From Collinsella sp. (GTDB taxonomy: Bacteria; Actinomycetota; Coriobacteriia; Coriobacteriales; Coriobacteriaceae), in assembly GCA_029264355.1 (NCBI GenBank), contig JARIBW010000014.1, positions 26,039 to 90,038 on the forward strand: a stretch of 64,000 nucleotides of DNA, given 5' to 3'. A program made the translations under genes and the position numbers. This document shows, in pieces, positions 10,239-19,646 of the stretch. How positions within the stretch are numbered: position 1 is the stretch's first letter; each line of letters opens with the position of its first letter. A model generated the notes under the pieces. The model did no database searches, was not told the origin of the DNA, and worked only from the letters and a program-made list of their open reading frames with translations.

Positions 10239-13200
10239 CTAGCGGCGGCGCGAGACGCCGGCGGCCATCAGGCCCATTCCGCCCAGAAGGGAGGCGCCGA
10301 TCATCAGCATCGAAGCGTCACCCGTGGCAACCAGCTTGCCGCCGGGCTTCTTCCCGGACTGAGACTGAGATGTACCGGGCTTCTGCTCCGGACCGGGCTC
10401 CGGCTTGGATTCCGGCTCCGGCTGGGTCGCGGGGGGCTCCGGATTTGGATTGGGCTCGGGCGCAGGAGGGACGACCGGGTCATCGGCCAGACGCTTGAAG
10501 CGCGCCTCGAGCGAAACGTTGTAATCCGCGGAAACCTCATAGGCGAGGTCCGTCGAGACAGGCTCAAGCGAATAAGGGGCGAACCATCCGACGAACTCGA
10601 GATCATCAGTGGGATTGGCGGTCATGGTGACCTTGGTGCCAGGCTTGACCTCGGCGCGGTAGACAGACTTGGCGTCATCGAGGTCCTCGGCGGAGCCGCT
10701 GAACGCGGCAACCGCCTTGCCGGTTGACAGATCGAGGGCGCCGTCCTCGTTCGCGAGGTAGCTCTTACCCTCGACGTACACGGTGTTGGTGGCAACCGGC
10801 TTCTTGGCGATGTCGAACTCCGAGACGGCGATGTATTTGTTGCCGCCGTGGAGGTTGGCATCGGTCACCTCGAGGCGCACGCCGTAGACGCTCTGCGTGT
10901 CAAAGGTGAACGTCTTCTTCTTGCCGTCATTTGCGAAGGCCTGATCGGTCGCAACCGTCTCGTACGCACCGTCCTTGGTCGCCTTGACCTTGAGCGTCGC
11001 CTTGGTGATACGTCCACTGTCGACGTCGGAACGCGGGGTGAACGAGAACTGGTTGATCTCGTAGGCCTTGCCAAAGTCGACCTCGGCCCAAATCATCTTC
11101 GTCTTGGTCAGGCTGCCGTTGACATTCTCGTCGGTAAAGGTGCCCTCGTTCCAATTGGAGTGCCAGATGGTCGAGGCGTCCCCATCGAAGGCGTGCTTGA
11201 GTTGACCGCCGTTGCCCTCACCCTCACGGGTCTCGGAGTTGGTGCGACCGGTCCAGTCCTTCTTGTTGAACTGGTCGACCGGCTTCTCCACGGAGGCGGG
11301 GGCGACGAGCACGTTATCGATCTTCGCGGCAATGCCTTGGGTCTTGGAGCCGATGCGTTGCAGCGGAAGAGTCAGCGTCGCGTTCTCGATGCCGTCCTTG
11401 GTGACGCGGCCAGCGTACTCGTTGTAAAAACTGCCGGTAGCCATGCCGACCATCTCGCCATCGATCTTGAGGGCCGTCTTCTGCGGGCTCGTCACGATCT
11501 CGACGTTGACTTTCTTACCCACCGGGAGCTTGTAGTCGAAATAATAAGTGTAGAGCTCACGGGTGAAACCGAGCTTGCCGTTGTCCATCACGCGGATATC
11601 GAGTGTGCCGTAGGGGGCGTCGGCCTCGAAGAGGATGTCGTCGGGGCGGGCCGGACGGGTCAGCTCGATGTCGAAAGACAGGCTGGTGCCGGCCGCGATC
11701 TTGTCGAGTGGGCCCTCCACATAGGAGGTTCCGCCAGCAAGCTGGAGCTTGCCGTTCTCGACCGTGGCGCCTGCGCCGGCGGTGAGGTTGCGGCCGTTCT
11801 TGCTCGCGTCGGCGAGATTACCCTCGAACTCGTACTCGGCGTAGGTATCTCCGGTCTTGGAGGCTTTGCTGTAGGGGTTCACGCGCGGGGCATCACCGGT
11901 CTTTTCCACGACACGGCAGAGGTTCTCGAAGCCGGCGTCTCCCGCACCCTTCTCCTGGCCGGTGGGAGCCCAGTTGTTCTCAGCGTAAACCGGAAGCGCA
12001 TCGAAGAAGCGGGCATACTCATCGGCCTCCGACAGGCCCGAGGCGTTGGTGTCGATGTTGTCATTCCAGATGGCATATGCGGAGCCCAAGATCCTGGGAT
12101 CGCTCGAGGGCAGCACGGTTCCGCCGAAATTGTTGGGATCGAAGCCCTTGTACAGCCCCTTGGTATCCAGGTAGTCCCCGTACTGACCCCGATTGCCCTT
12201 GCCCTTGCCATTGGGCACCATGTAACCGTAGCTGTCCAGGATATTGATGAGCGAGAAGCCCTTATCGAACATGCGCTTGGGGTTGGCCCAACCACGGGAC
12301 CAGATGTCCATCTGCACGCCCTCGCCACTCGCGGGCTCGGTTCCGCCACCGGCGAGCCAACCGCTGTCGAAGCTGCCCCAGATACGCGGCGTGTGACCGC
12401 CGTCCATCAGGTGCGGGACGAGATCGTTGTAGAACTCGCAATACGAGGGACGGCCGTTGGGGATGATGAACTCGTCGGCGCCGACATGCACCACCGTATC
12501 CGTATCGAATACGGGGTTGGCGCCCGTGGTGTAGTCATCGAAGATGTCGCGGATGAGCTCGCGCGTCTCGGGCTTGCGGACATCGAGGTGATCGATGGCG
12601 GAGCGGTTCTTACCCTTGGGAGAGGTGGTCACCGTCTCGCCCGATACGCCAAGCTCCGGCCACACGCGCGTGAAGGCGACCGCATGGGCGGGCATGTCGA
12701 TCTCGGGCACGATGTTCATGCCCAACCCGCGCTGCGTCTTGATGAAGGCGCGCATGTCATCTTTGGTGATGTGGTAATCCCTGGACGCAGGCGTAACGCC
12801 GTCCTTGTTGGCGACATCGGACTCAAGGCGGAACGCACTGTAGGCACCCCACTGGTCCCGCTCGTCCAGACCGTAGTTCTCCAGGAAAATCAAGTTATCG
12901 GAAAGATGGAGCTGCAGGTCGTTCATCTTGTAGTAGCGCATCGTGCGGGATGCCTTGCCCACCATCTCAAGCGAGATGGGCTTGCGCGCGATATCCCACA
13001 TGAAGCCGCGCACCGGGAAGCGCGGGTAGTCGCGCATCTGACCCACGGGGAATCCGTCGGTCTCGGTCTTGGTCATCTGAAGGATGGTCTGCATCGCATA
13101 CATGTTGCCCGTCACCGCGGGGGCGGTGACATCGATGCGATCGGGGCCGATTGTCATTGCGTAACCCTCGTCGCCGAGCAGCTTGTCGCCAGCGGGCTCA

Positions 13201-14813
13201 CCGAGGGTGAAGTTGAAGGCGCCGTCCTGAGCGCTGCCCTGCGCGGCGGAAAGCTCGACGCCCGTGAAGTCCTTGTAGTCGGCGACGAACTCGTCGACGA
13301 CGGGCTTGAGCGCGGCGTCGCTATAGGTGACGCGACCAAACTTGTCAAACGCCGTGCGGGCGGTCGAGTCGGAGGACCACTCTTGGATCTCGGGCACGAC
13401 CGCCGGCTTGGCATTCCCCTTCCCGTCCTGGCCTTTCACGCCCTTGACCTCATAGGGGATGTCGTCGGTGACGGCCTCCTCGTCGGTGCCGTCCTTGCGG
13501 ACCTTCCATGAGACCTGGACGACCTTGTCCGTCAGCGGATGATGGATGTCGCCCTTCTCACCGATGACCTGCTCGAAGTCGGCACCGTTGAGCTCAACGG
13601 AAAATCCTGCGGGGACTTCGGGCGCAGCAAGCGTCTCGACATCCTTCTCGACCGTCTGCTTGCCGAGCTTGTTGAGCTTTTTGACAACACCGTCGAGGGA
13701 CTCCTTCACGGTCTGCGCGTTGGTGTAGGCCTCCAGCTCGATGACGGAAACGCCGTTCCACTGAGTGTCGCCCTTGACCACGTCAAAATTGGTGAGGCGC
13801 AGCTTCTGGGCGACTATCGGCTGGTCGAGCGTCACGCGCACGCGGGGCTCGAAGCCGGAGCCGTTCGCCGTGTTCCCGACCGTCTTGGCGGTCTTCCATT
13901 CCGTGGAGCCCGGCGCCTGATACTGGATATCGAAACCCTTCACATTGCTGGGTTTGACATCGACGGTGCGGTTCTCGAACTCGATGTCGAGGAACTGGAT
14001 TTTGGACGGCTCTTTGAGTTCGGCCTGAAGCCAGGTGTTGGTATCTTTGGCCGGGGCGCTCTCCCCACTCGACCAGCGGGACCCCCGATCACCGTCGGCA
14101 GCCTTGCCGGCACCAAGGTCGCCCTCCTGACCGCTGGCGGACATCTGGGCGCCCTTCACGTGGTTGACGTCGGGGGCGTCGACGGCATCTGCCTGGACGT
14201 TCGTGTAGGCCTCGAACTCGGCGACGGACACGCCGTTCCATTCGGTCGAACCCTGAAGGACATCGAAGTTAGTCAATCGGACTGCAGTCGCATCGATCGG
14301 CTTGTCGAGCTCGATCTTCACCACAGCCTCGTAGCCGCCGCCCTTAACGGTCTCGGTGCGTGAGAATGCCTTGGCAGTCTGCCATGCACCGCCGTCGGTC
14401 TCCTTGTACTGCAGCTCGAAGCCCCTCACATTGCTCGGGGTCGGAGGCGCGGCATCGGCGCGGGTCTCGAAAACGACCTTGAAATACGACAGGCGCGTGG
14501 GCTTCGCGAACGTCGCCTGCAAATACGTTTTATCATCTTTTGCCGGCAGGGCATCACCCGAAGACCAACGGCTGTCATGGTGATCACCGGAATCATCCTT
14601 ACCGTCGGCGGCCTTGTCTGCGGTGAACTTGCCGCCCTCGGGCTGGGCGGTCATGACGGTCCCTTCGCTGCGGACATGGTTGACATTCTCCGTCTGCACC
14701 ACTTCACCCGCGGCGAACGCGCTGAACGGCAGCCATGCCGAGCATAGCAGCGCGGCGGCGCATGCAAAAGGCACCCACTTCCTTCGTGTGGGTGCCTTGA
14801 TCACCTTTCTCAT
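10239..14813 (-). CDS. Secreted, sortase-anchored GH20 beta-N-acetylhexosaminidase with F5/8-type (CBM32-like) and LamG-like domains
   Basis: N-terminal signal peptide and two tandem SRWSS...GVSxxEFEAY modules. Catalytic region DYPRFPVRGFMWDIARK, PEIDMPAH and HVGADEF. A further discoidin module (AFDGDASTIWHS), a Pro-rich linker, then LVATG + TM + RRR. Confidence 0.9.
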   Translation of the reverse strand: MRKVIKAPTRRKWVPFACAAALLCSAWLPFSAFAAGEVVQTENVNHVRSEGTVMTAQPEGGKFTADKAADGKDDSGDHHDSRWSSGDALPAKDDKTYLQATFAKPTRLSYFKVVFETRADAAPPTPSNVRGFELQYKETDGGAWQTAKAFSRTETVKGGGYEAVVKIELDKPIDATAVRLTNFDVLQGSTEWNGVSVAEFEAYTNVQADAVDAPDVNHVKGAQMSASGQEGDLGAGKAADGDRGSRWSSGESAPAKDTNTWLQAELKEPSKIQFLDIEFENRTVDVKPSNVKGFDIQYQAPGSTEWKTAKTVGNTANGSGFEPRVRVTLDQPIVAQKLRLTNFDVVKGDTQWNGVSVIELEAYTNAQTVKESLDGVVKKLNKLGKQTVEKDVETLAAPEVPAGFSVELNGADFEQVIGEKGDIHHPLTDKVVQVSWKVRKDGTDEEAVTDDIPYEVKGVKGQDGKGNAKPAVVPEIQEWSSDSTARTAFDKFGRVTYSDAALKPVVDEFVADYKDFTGVELSAAQGSAQDGAFNFTLGEPAGDKLLGDEGYAMTIGPDRIDVTAPAVTGNMYAMQTILQMTKTETDGFPVGQMRDYPRFPVRGFMWDIARKPISLEMVGKASRTMRYYKMNDLQLHLSDNLIFLENYGLDERDQWGAYSAFRLESDVANKDGVTPASRDYHITKDDMRAFIKTQRGLGMNIVPEIDMPAHAVAFTRVWPELGVSGETVTTSPKGKNRSAIDHLDVRKPETRELIRDIFDDYTTGANPVFDTDTVVHVGADEFIIPNGRPSYCEFYNDLVPHLMDGGHTPRIWGSFDSGWLAGGGTEPASGEGVQMDIWSRGWANPKRMFDKGFSLINILDSYGYMVPNGKGKGNRGQYGDYLDTKGLYKGFDPNNFGGTVLPSSDPRILGSAYAIWNDNIDTNASGLSEADEYARFFDALPVYAENNWAPTGQEKGAGDAGFENLCRVVEKTGDAPRVNPYSKASKTGDTYAEYEFEGNLADASKNGRNLTAGAGATVENGKLQLAGGTSYVEGPLDKIAAGTSLSFDIELTRPARPDDILFEADAPYGTLDIRVMDNGKLGFTRELYTYYFDYKLPVGKKVNVEIVTSPQKTALKIDGEMVGMATGSFYNEYAGRVTKDGIENATLTLPLQRIGSKTQGIAAKIDNVLVAPASVEKPVDQFNKKDWTGRTNSETREGEGNGGQLKHAFDGDASTIWHSNWNEGTFTDENVNGSLTKTKMIWAEVDFGKAYEINQFSFTPRSDVDSGRITKATLKVKATKDGAYETVATDQAFANDGKKKTFTFDTQSVYGVRLEVTDANLHGGNKYIAVSEFDIAKKPVATNTVYVEGKSYLANEDGALDLSTGKAVAAFSGSAEDLDDAKSVYRAEVKPGTKVTMTANPTDDLEFVGWFAPYSLEPVSTDLAYEVSADYNVSLEARFKRLADDPVVPPAPEPNPNPEPPATQPEPESKPEPGPEQKPGTSQSQSGKKPGGKLVATGDASMLMIGASLLGGMGLMAAGVSRRR

Positions 14814-14846
14814 AGACCACGTCTCCTTCCCCCTCAGGGAGCTCGA

Positions 14847-14863
14847 TCGACAGAATCTGTCGA
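14847..14863. promoter_or_regulatory. Perfect 17-bp palindrome upstream of the GH20 gene (candidate operator)
   Basis: TCGACAGA-A-TCTGTCGA, 34-50 bp upstream of the ATG and next to a minus-strand GATAAT (14864-14869). Confidence 0.4.
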
Positions 14864-14956
14864 ATTATCGAACATCTGTAGCAAAAGAAGAGCCTTGGGC
14901 CGATTAATTCCTACTAGCGTAGTTAGATTGTCGGTAAAAGGACAGCCGACGTGTCC

Positions 14957-16405
14957 CTACCCCGCGATGCATTCGCGACGCTTGGCGCGCTCCTCGAGCG
15001 GAATGTACGCACCGGACTCGAGCACCGATCGATACGCCGGTCGAATGATGCGATGGGAACAGATGAGCTCCTCCATGCGGTGGGCCGCCCAGCCCGCGGT
15101 GCGGGCGACGGCGAACAGCGGGGTGAACATGGCCTTGGGAATACCGAGCATCTTGTAGATGAACCCGGTGTACAGGTCGATGTTCGCGCAGATGGGCTTG
15201 GCGGTGCCGCGAACATCGAGCATCACCTGGGGCGCGAGCCTCTCGATTCGCTCGATGAGCTCAAACTCCTCCCCCATGCCCTTGGCCTGCGCGAGGCCCC
15301 GGGCGTAGCGCTTGCACAGCACCGCGCGCGGATCGGAAAGCGTGTAGACCGCGTGGCCCATGCCGTAGATGAGGCCGCTGCCGTCGAATGCCTGCCGACG
15401 CAGGATCTTTTCGAGGTAGGCGGCCAACTCGTCCTCGTTCTCCCAATCTCCGACGTTGGCGCGAATATCCTCGTGCATGGCCATGACCTTGGCGTTGGCA
15501 CCGCCGTGGCGCGGGCCCTTGAGCGATCCGATCGCCGCGGCGTATGCGGAATACGCGTCCGTGCCGGAGCTCGAGAGCACGCGGCAGGCGAAGGTGGAGT
15601 TGTTGCCGCCGCCGTGCTCGGCATGAAGCATGAGCATGACGTCGAGAAGCATGGCCTCCTCACGAGTGTAGCCATCCTCACCGCGCAGGATCTGCAGGAT
15701 CGCCTCGGCCGTCGAAAAGCCCGCCTCGGGGATGGGGACCGACGCGCGCTTGCCACTCACCTGGGCGCTATGGAAGGTCTGCGCGAACGCGGCCAGGCGC
15801 GGCAAACGCGACAGCAGCGATATCGCGACGTCGACCTCATGCTCGGGCGTGATGTTGTCGGGGTCGGCATCGAACGCGTACAGCAACAGGACGGCGCGCT
15901 GGAGCGAGTTCATGATCGAGGGGCCCACCGTGGTGATCGGGAACTGACGCACGAATTCACTCGACAGATGGCGGTAGGCGCCGAGGCGGGCGTTGAAATC
16001 ATCGAGCTCCTCGGCGGTCGGAAGCTCGCCGGTGATGAGCAGGTAGGCGACCTCCTCGTAACCAAAACGGCCTTCTGCCTGCGCGTTGGTGATGAGATCC
16101 TCGATGTCGTAACCACGAAGGATGAGATGGCCCTCGTCGGGAACGACGCTTCCATCCACGCGCTTGTAGCCATGGACATCGGAGATGCGCGTGAGGCCGG
16201 CAACGACGCCGGATCCGTCGGCGTTTCGCAGCCCGCGCTTGACGTCGCAGGCGCGGAAGATGTCCTCATCGTATTCCTCCGAGGGAATGTCATGGTACAG
16301 GCGCTCGGACGCCCCATCCACGCGGCGGCTCGCCTCGTAATCGAGGACGAGTCGGCTCAGGTGATCATCGAAGCGATAATAGATATTGTGCGCGTCGTAG
16401 GACAT
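14957..16405 (-). CDS. gltA: Citrate synthase
   Basis: EEVAYLLITGELPT, LHAEHGGGNNSTF, GPRHGGAN, GMGHAVY and ANIDLY. Start MSYDAH after AAAGGAGG. Confidence 0.92.
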   Translation of the reverse strand: MSYDAHNIYYRFDDHLSRLVLDYEASRRVDGASERLYHDIPSEEYDEDIFRACDVKRGLRNADGSGVVAGLTRISDVHGYKRVDGSVVPDEGHLILRGYDIEDLITNAQAEGRFGYEEVAYLLITGELPTAEELDDFNARLGAYRHLSSEFVRQFPITTVGPSIMNSLQRAVLLLYAFDADPDNITPEHEVDVAISLLSRLPRLAAFAQTFHSAQVSGKRASVPIPEAGFSTAEAILQILRGEDGYTREEAMLLDVMLMLHAEHGGGNNSTFACRVLSSSGTDAYSAYAAAIGSLKGPRHGGANAKVMAMHEDIRANVGDWENEDELAAYLEKILRRQAFDGSGLIYGMGHAVYTLSDPRAVLCKRYARGLAQAKGMGEEFELIERIERLAPQVMLDVRGTAKPICANIDLYTGFIYKMLGIPKAMFTPLFAVARTAGWAAHRMEELICSHRIIRPAYRSVLESGAYIPLEERAKRRECIAG

Positions 16406-16509
16406 GGGGCTCCTCCTTTGACGAGCGCCCCGGCACACGGCCGGGGCGGCTGAACGAGTCTGATGCGACGGGCCGACGGATGGCGCAAAAGCCATCCCGG
16501 GGCATGGCG

Positions 16510-16797
16510 CTACAGACGGTACATGAATCGGAAGACATCCTCGCGTTGCATCTCGACCGTCACGCCGAGCTCCTCGCCGGCGGCGACGAGACCCTCCTGA
16601 AGCTGCGTGAAATCGAGTGCCGCATTGGAAAGGTCCGCGATGAGCGTCATGGTGAAGATGTCCTCGATGATGCTCTGCGTGATATCGCGGATATCCACGT
16701 TCGACTCGGAGAGGACGCGCGTCACACCGGCGACGATCCCGGGACGGTTCTTGCCGAGGACGGTGATGACCACGCGGTTGGAAGGTGTCTCTGTCAT
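16510..16797 (-). CDS. Stand-alone ACT-domain protein (UPF0237-like)
   Basis: VVITVLGKNRPGIVAGVT, VDIRDITQSI and QREDVFRFMYRL. Confidence 0.88.
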   Translation of the reverse strand: MTETPSNRVVITVLGKNRPGIVAGVTRVLSESNVDIRDITQSIIEDIFTMTLIADLSNAALDFTQLQEGLVAAGEELGVTVEMQREDVFRFMYRL

Positions 16798-16941
16798 GAA
16801 GGGTCCTTTCGAACGATATGAGGCGGCGCGATCGACCTTGCGGCGCGGCGTACTCCATTACGATGCAGTGCCCCTAGTCTATCTGATTTCACCTCCGACC
16901 ACGTACATTCCATGGCCGAACGGACGAAAGGCTCGAGCCCG

Positions 16942-17745
16942 TCACAGAGATTCGAGGATGCGGCGCATCTCGGACTGCACCGCATGCTCGACATTGCTGC
17001 CGATCACACGGTCGGCAACGGCGCGCAAGGCGGGTCTTCCATTCGACATGGCGCAGCCCGTTCCCACGAAGCGAATGATCTCATAGTCATTCATCGCATC
17101 GCCGAACGCCATGACCTCGGACGCGTCGATGCCGTGGTATTCCATGACTTGGGCAACACCCGACGCCTTAGATATCCCCGGTTGCATGACGTCGATGTAG
17201 GAACTGCCCGAAGGGGCGAATGTGAAAAGCCCGCCGAGCTCACGCTGGAGCACATAGGCGTTGTCCATCACGTTGCCGTCGTCGCAAAAGATGCTCGCCT
17301 TGATGATGCTCACCTTCGGCGAGGGCAGCTCGTAGATACGCTCCACGTTGGGCAGGTCCTTATCGACTTCACGCACGAATTTGTCCTCATCGTCGAGAAG
17401 ATAGGACTTGGTTCGATCGAACAGCGCCAGATGCATGTTGGGGAACATGGAGATCGTCTTGGCGAGACGGCGAATCGCGAGGTGCGAGTAGACCTCGCGA
17501 TCGATCTGCACGCCATCGGCGAAGACCTGGGCACCGTTGGAGGCAACGAAATCCATTTGGTCCTTCACCGGCGAGAAGAAGTCGCACAGGCGATCGTAAC
17601 GGCGTCCGGAGCTCGCGACGAAGCGCACACCGCGCCCTCTCAAAGCGGTGATGAGGTCGAATGTCTCTGGCGGAACCTGGCCGTTTTCGTCGAGAAGCGT
17701 GCCGTCCATGTCGGAGGCGATGAGCTTGATGGTCATGATGCGCAA
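16942..17745 (-). CDS. Cof-type HAD hydrolase
   Basis: LIASDMDGTLL, VASSGR, ISKASG and FGDAMND. The start may be 17736. Confidence 0.92.
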   Translation of the reverse strand: MRIMTIKLIASDMDGTLLDENGQVPPETFDLITALRGRGVRFVASSGRRYDRLCDFFSPVKDQMDFVASNGAQVFADGVQIDREVYSHLAIRRLAKTISMFPNMHLALFDRTKSYLLDDEDKFVREVDKDLPNVERIYELPSPKVSIIKASIFCDDGNVMDNAYVLQRELGGLFTFAPSGSSYIDVMQPGISKASGVAQVMEYHGIDASEVMAFGDAMNDYEIIRFVGTGCAMSNGRPALRAVADRVIGSNVEHAVQSEMRRILESL

Positions 17746-17883
17746 TCCTTATCTCACGTATACCGGGATTCGGCGAATATACAGATGAGGGTACCCACGC
17801 GGCCCGCTTCCATACGATATCTGAGGCGCATCCGGGCCATTGCGGCGGACACACGCACATCCGGATGAGATGAGCACAGATGA

Positions 17884-19641
17884 TCAGGAGATCTCGAATT
17901 TGCACGCGAGGATGCGGCTTGAGGTGTCGACCAAACCCGGTCCCAAGTCTTCGAGAACGTTCACCTCGACCTCACGGCCCGTCTGGCCCTCGAGATACGC
18001 GCGGATGATATCGACTTTACCGTCGGCCACGATCATCACCGCGTCGTCACGGTCGGCCAGGTCGACGAACGTGTGCCCCATCGACAGATCATGGCGTTCG
18101 AGAAAATCCTTCCAAGGCCCCGTATGACTCATCCATCCGCCGACCTGCAAGACGTTCTGGGGATAGACCCAATCCTCAAATGAGAAGATGTCGAACGAAG
18201 GGTACAGCAGCGTCTGCGTCCGGGTGAAAACCACGAGCTCGTCGGGATGGTCCTCCACATAGTCCGCGACCGCGGCGACTGCAGGCGCGGACGACTGGGA
18301 TCTCAACGGACGCACGACGACGGCCCAAAACACGCAACACACAACGACGGACGCGCATATGGCCGAGATGAGGAGGGCCGTGCCGCGACCCGCACAGGGC
18401 CCACGCCCCTCCGAGATCACGGCATGGGCGCCGATCGACGAGGCGGCCGGCGCGTGGGCGCACATCGACAACGACATCAGCGTGCAAAACACCAGGGGGA
18501 TGACGACGTGCACGCGAACGCGGGCGCGCAGTATGAGCAGGGCGCAGGATGCAAGCAGCATGAGGATGACCCCGAGGGCGAGCAGGCGAACCCCGCCACC
18601 TCGCCCGATGTCCCCCGTCACGACCACGGCGAACAGCACCATGGACGCAGTCAGGCCGAGCAGGGCGTACGTCGTCCCCGCACTCAGCGCATCCCGCACG
18701 TTATCGAGGCTGATGTGCTCACGGGCCTCGCCATAACGGGAGAAGAAGTCGATCCCAAAAACGTCTTCGTCTATGAACATCCACTCGTGCAGCAGCGCGA
18801 CATCCTCCTCGGACAGTTCGGGCGCTATGGCGCGGATCTCCCCTGCCGGCAGATCGGGATAGTCCAGTGATTTACGGCCGGCGGACAGATAGTCGGGGTA
18901 CGTCTCCCAGCCCGGAGTCGACCTATATGCCGCCTGCCCGACCACGACGCACAGGACGACGCCCAGCACCGCGGCGAGCATCCGCAAGATCGAGGCGACG
19001 TTCCTGTTGGCCACAAGGACCCACAGGGCGAACGGGGAGAACAAGACGAAGGCGACCTGACCCGATTCGGGGCGCAGCGCATATCCCGACACGACGAGGG
19101 CGATCCCGACGACGTCGGAGGCGCGCACGCGAGACTCCCGAGTGAACGCGGCCCTTCCCACCAGCAACATCAGCCCCGCGGAGACGGCGAGGAAGGCGGC
19201 GATGGTGAACGTGAGATAGACGGTGGAGATAACGTCACACGCGAGAAAGACCACGATGCAGGAAAGGCACAGGGAATCGCTCATGCGCGAGCGCATGGCC
19301 TGGATGAGGGAGATCGACCAAGAGGCGCCGACGAACGCGAGCAGCATCAACGGATACCAGGGAAGCCGCGGTAGAAGGCGGTACAAAAGGGAGAGCGGGG
19401 CGCTGATCGGGGCGAGGGAGTACGGCATCAACCAGCTCGGTCCCGATGCCAGATAACGGCCGCTCGCATACAGCGCCTGCATCTGCTCGTCAGGGCTCAT
19501 GGAGTATACCGGGGGCTGCAAGATGCAGATGAGCACGATGGGCGCGAATGCGAGGAGGATTCCGCACGAAACGACCCATCGCGATCTCCTGAACTCTCCG
19601 AACACGCCAAGCCTTCCCCGTGCAACGACCCCATCCGACAT
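17884..19641 (-). CDS. Polytopic membrane protein, possible GT-C glycosyltransferase
   Basis: About 585 aa with many hydrophobic segments and an acidic PDE motif after the first TM. It starts 5 bp after the GT2 stop with a GGGGAG RBS. Confidence 0.6.
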   Translation of the reverse strand: MSDGVVARGRLGVFGEFRRSRWVVSCGILLAFAPIVLICILQPPVYSMSPDEQMQALYASGRYLASGPSWLMPYSLAPISAPLSLLYRLLPRLPWYPLMLLAFVGASWSISLIQAMRSRMSDSLCLSCIVVFLACDVISTVYLTFTIAAFLAVSAGLMLLVGRAAFTRESRVRASDVVGIALVVSGYALRPESGQVAFVLFSPFALWVLVANRNVASILRMLAAVLGVVLCVVVGQAAYRSTPGWETYPDYLSAGRKSLDYPDLPAGEIRAIAPELSEEDVALLHEWMFIDEDVFGIDFFSRYGEAREHISLDNVRDALSAGTTYALLGLTASMVLFAVVVTGDIGRGGGVRLLALGVILMLLASCALLILRARVRVHVVIPLVFCTLMSLSMCAHAPAASSIGAHAVISEGRGPCAGRGTALLISAICASVVVCCVFWAVVVRPLRSQSSAPAVAAVADYVEDHPDELVVFTRTQTLLYPSFDIFSFEDWVYPQNVLQVGGWMSHTGPWKDFLERHDLSMGHTFVDLADRDDAVMIVADGKVDIIRAYLEGQTGREVEVNVLEDLGPGLVDTSSRILACKFEIS

Positions 19642-19646
19642 GACAA

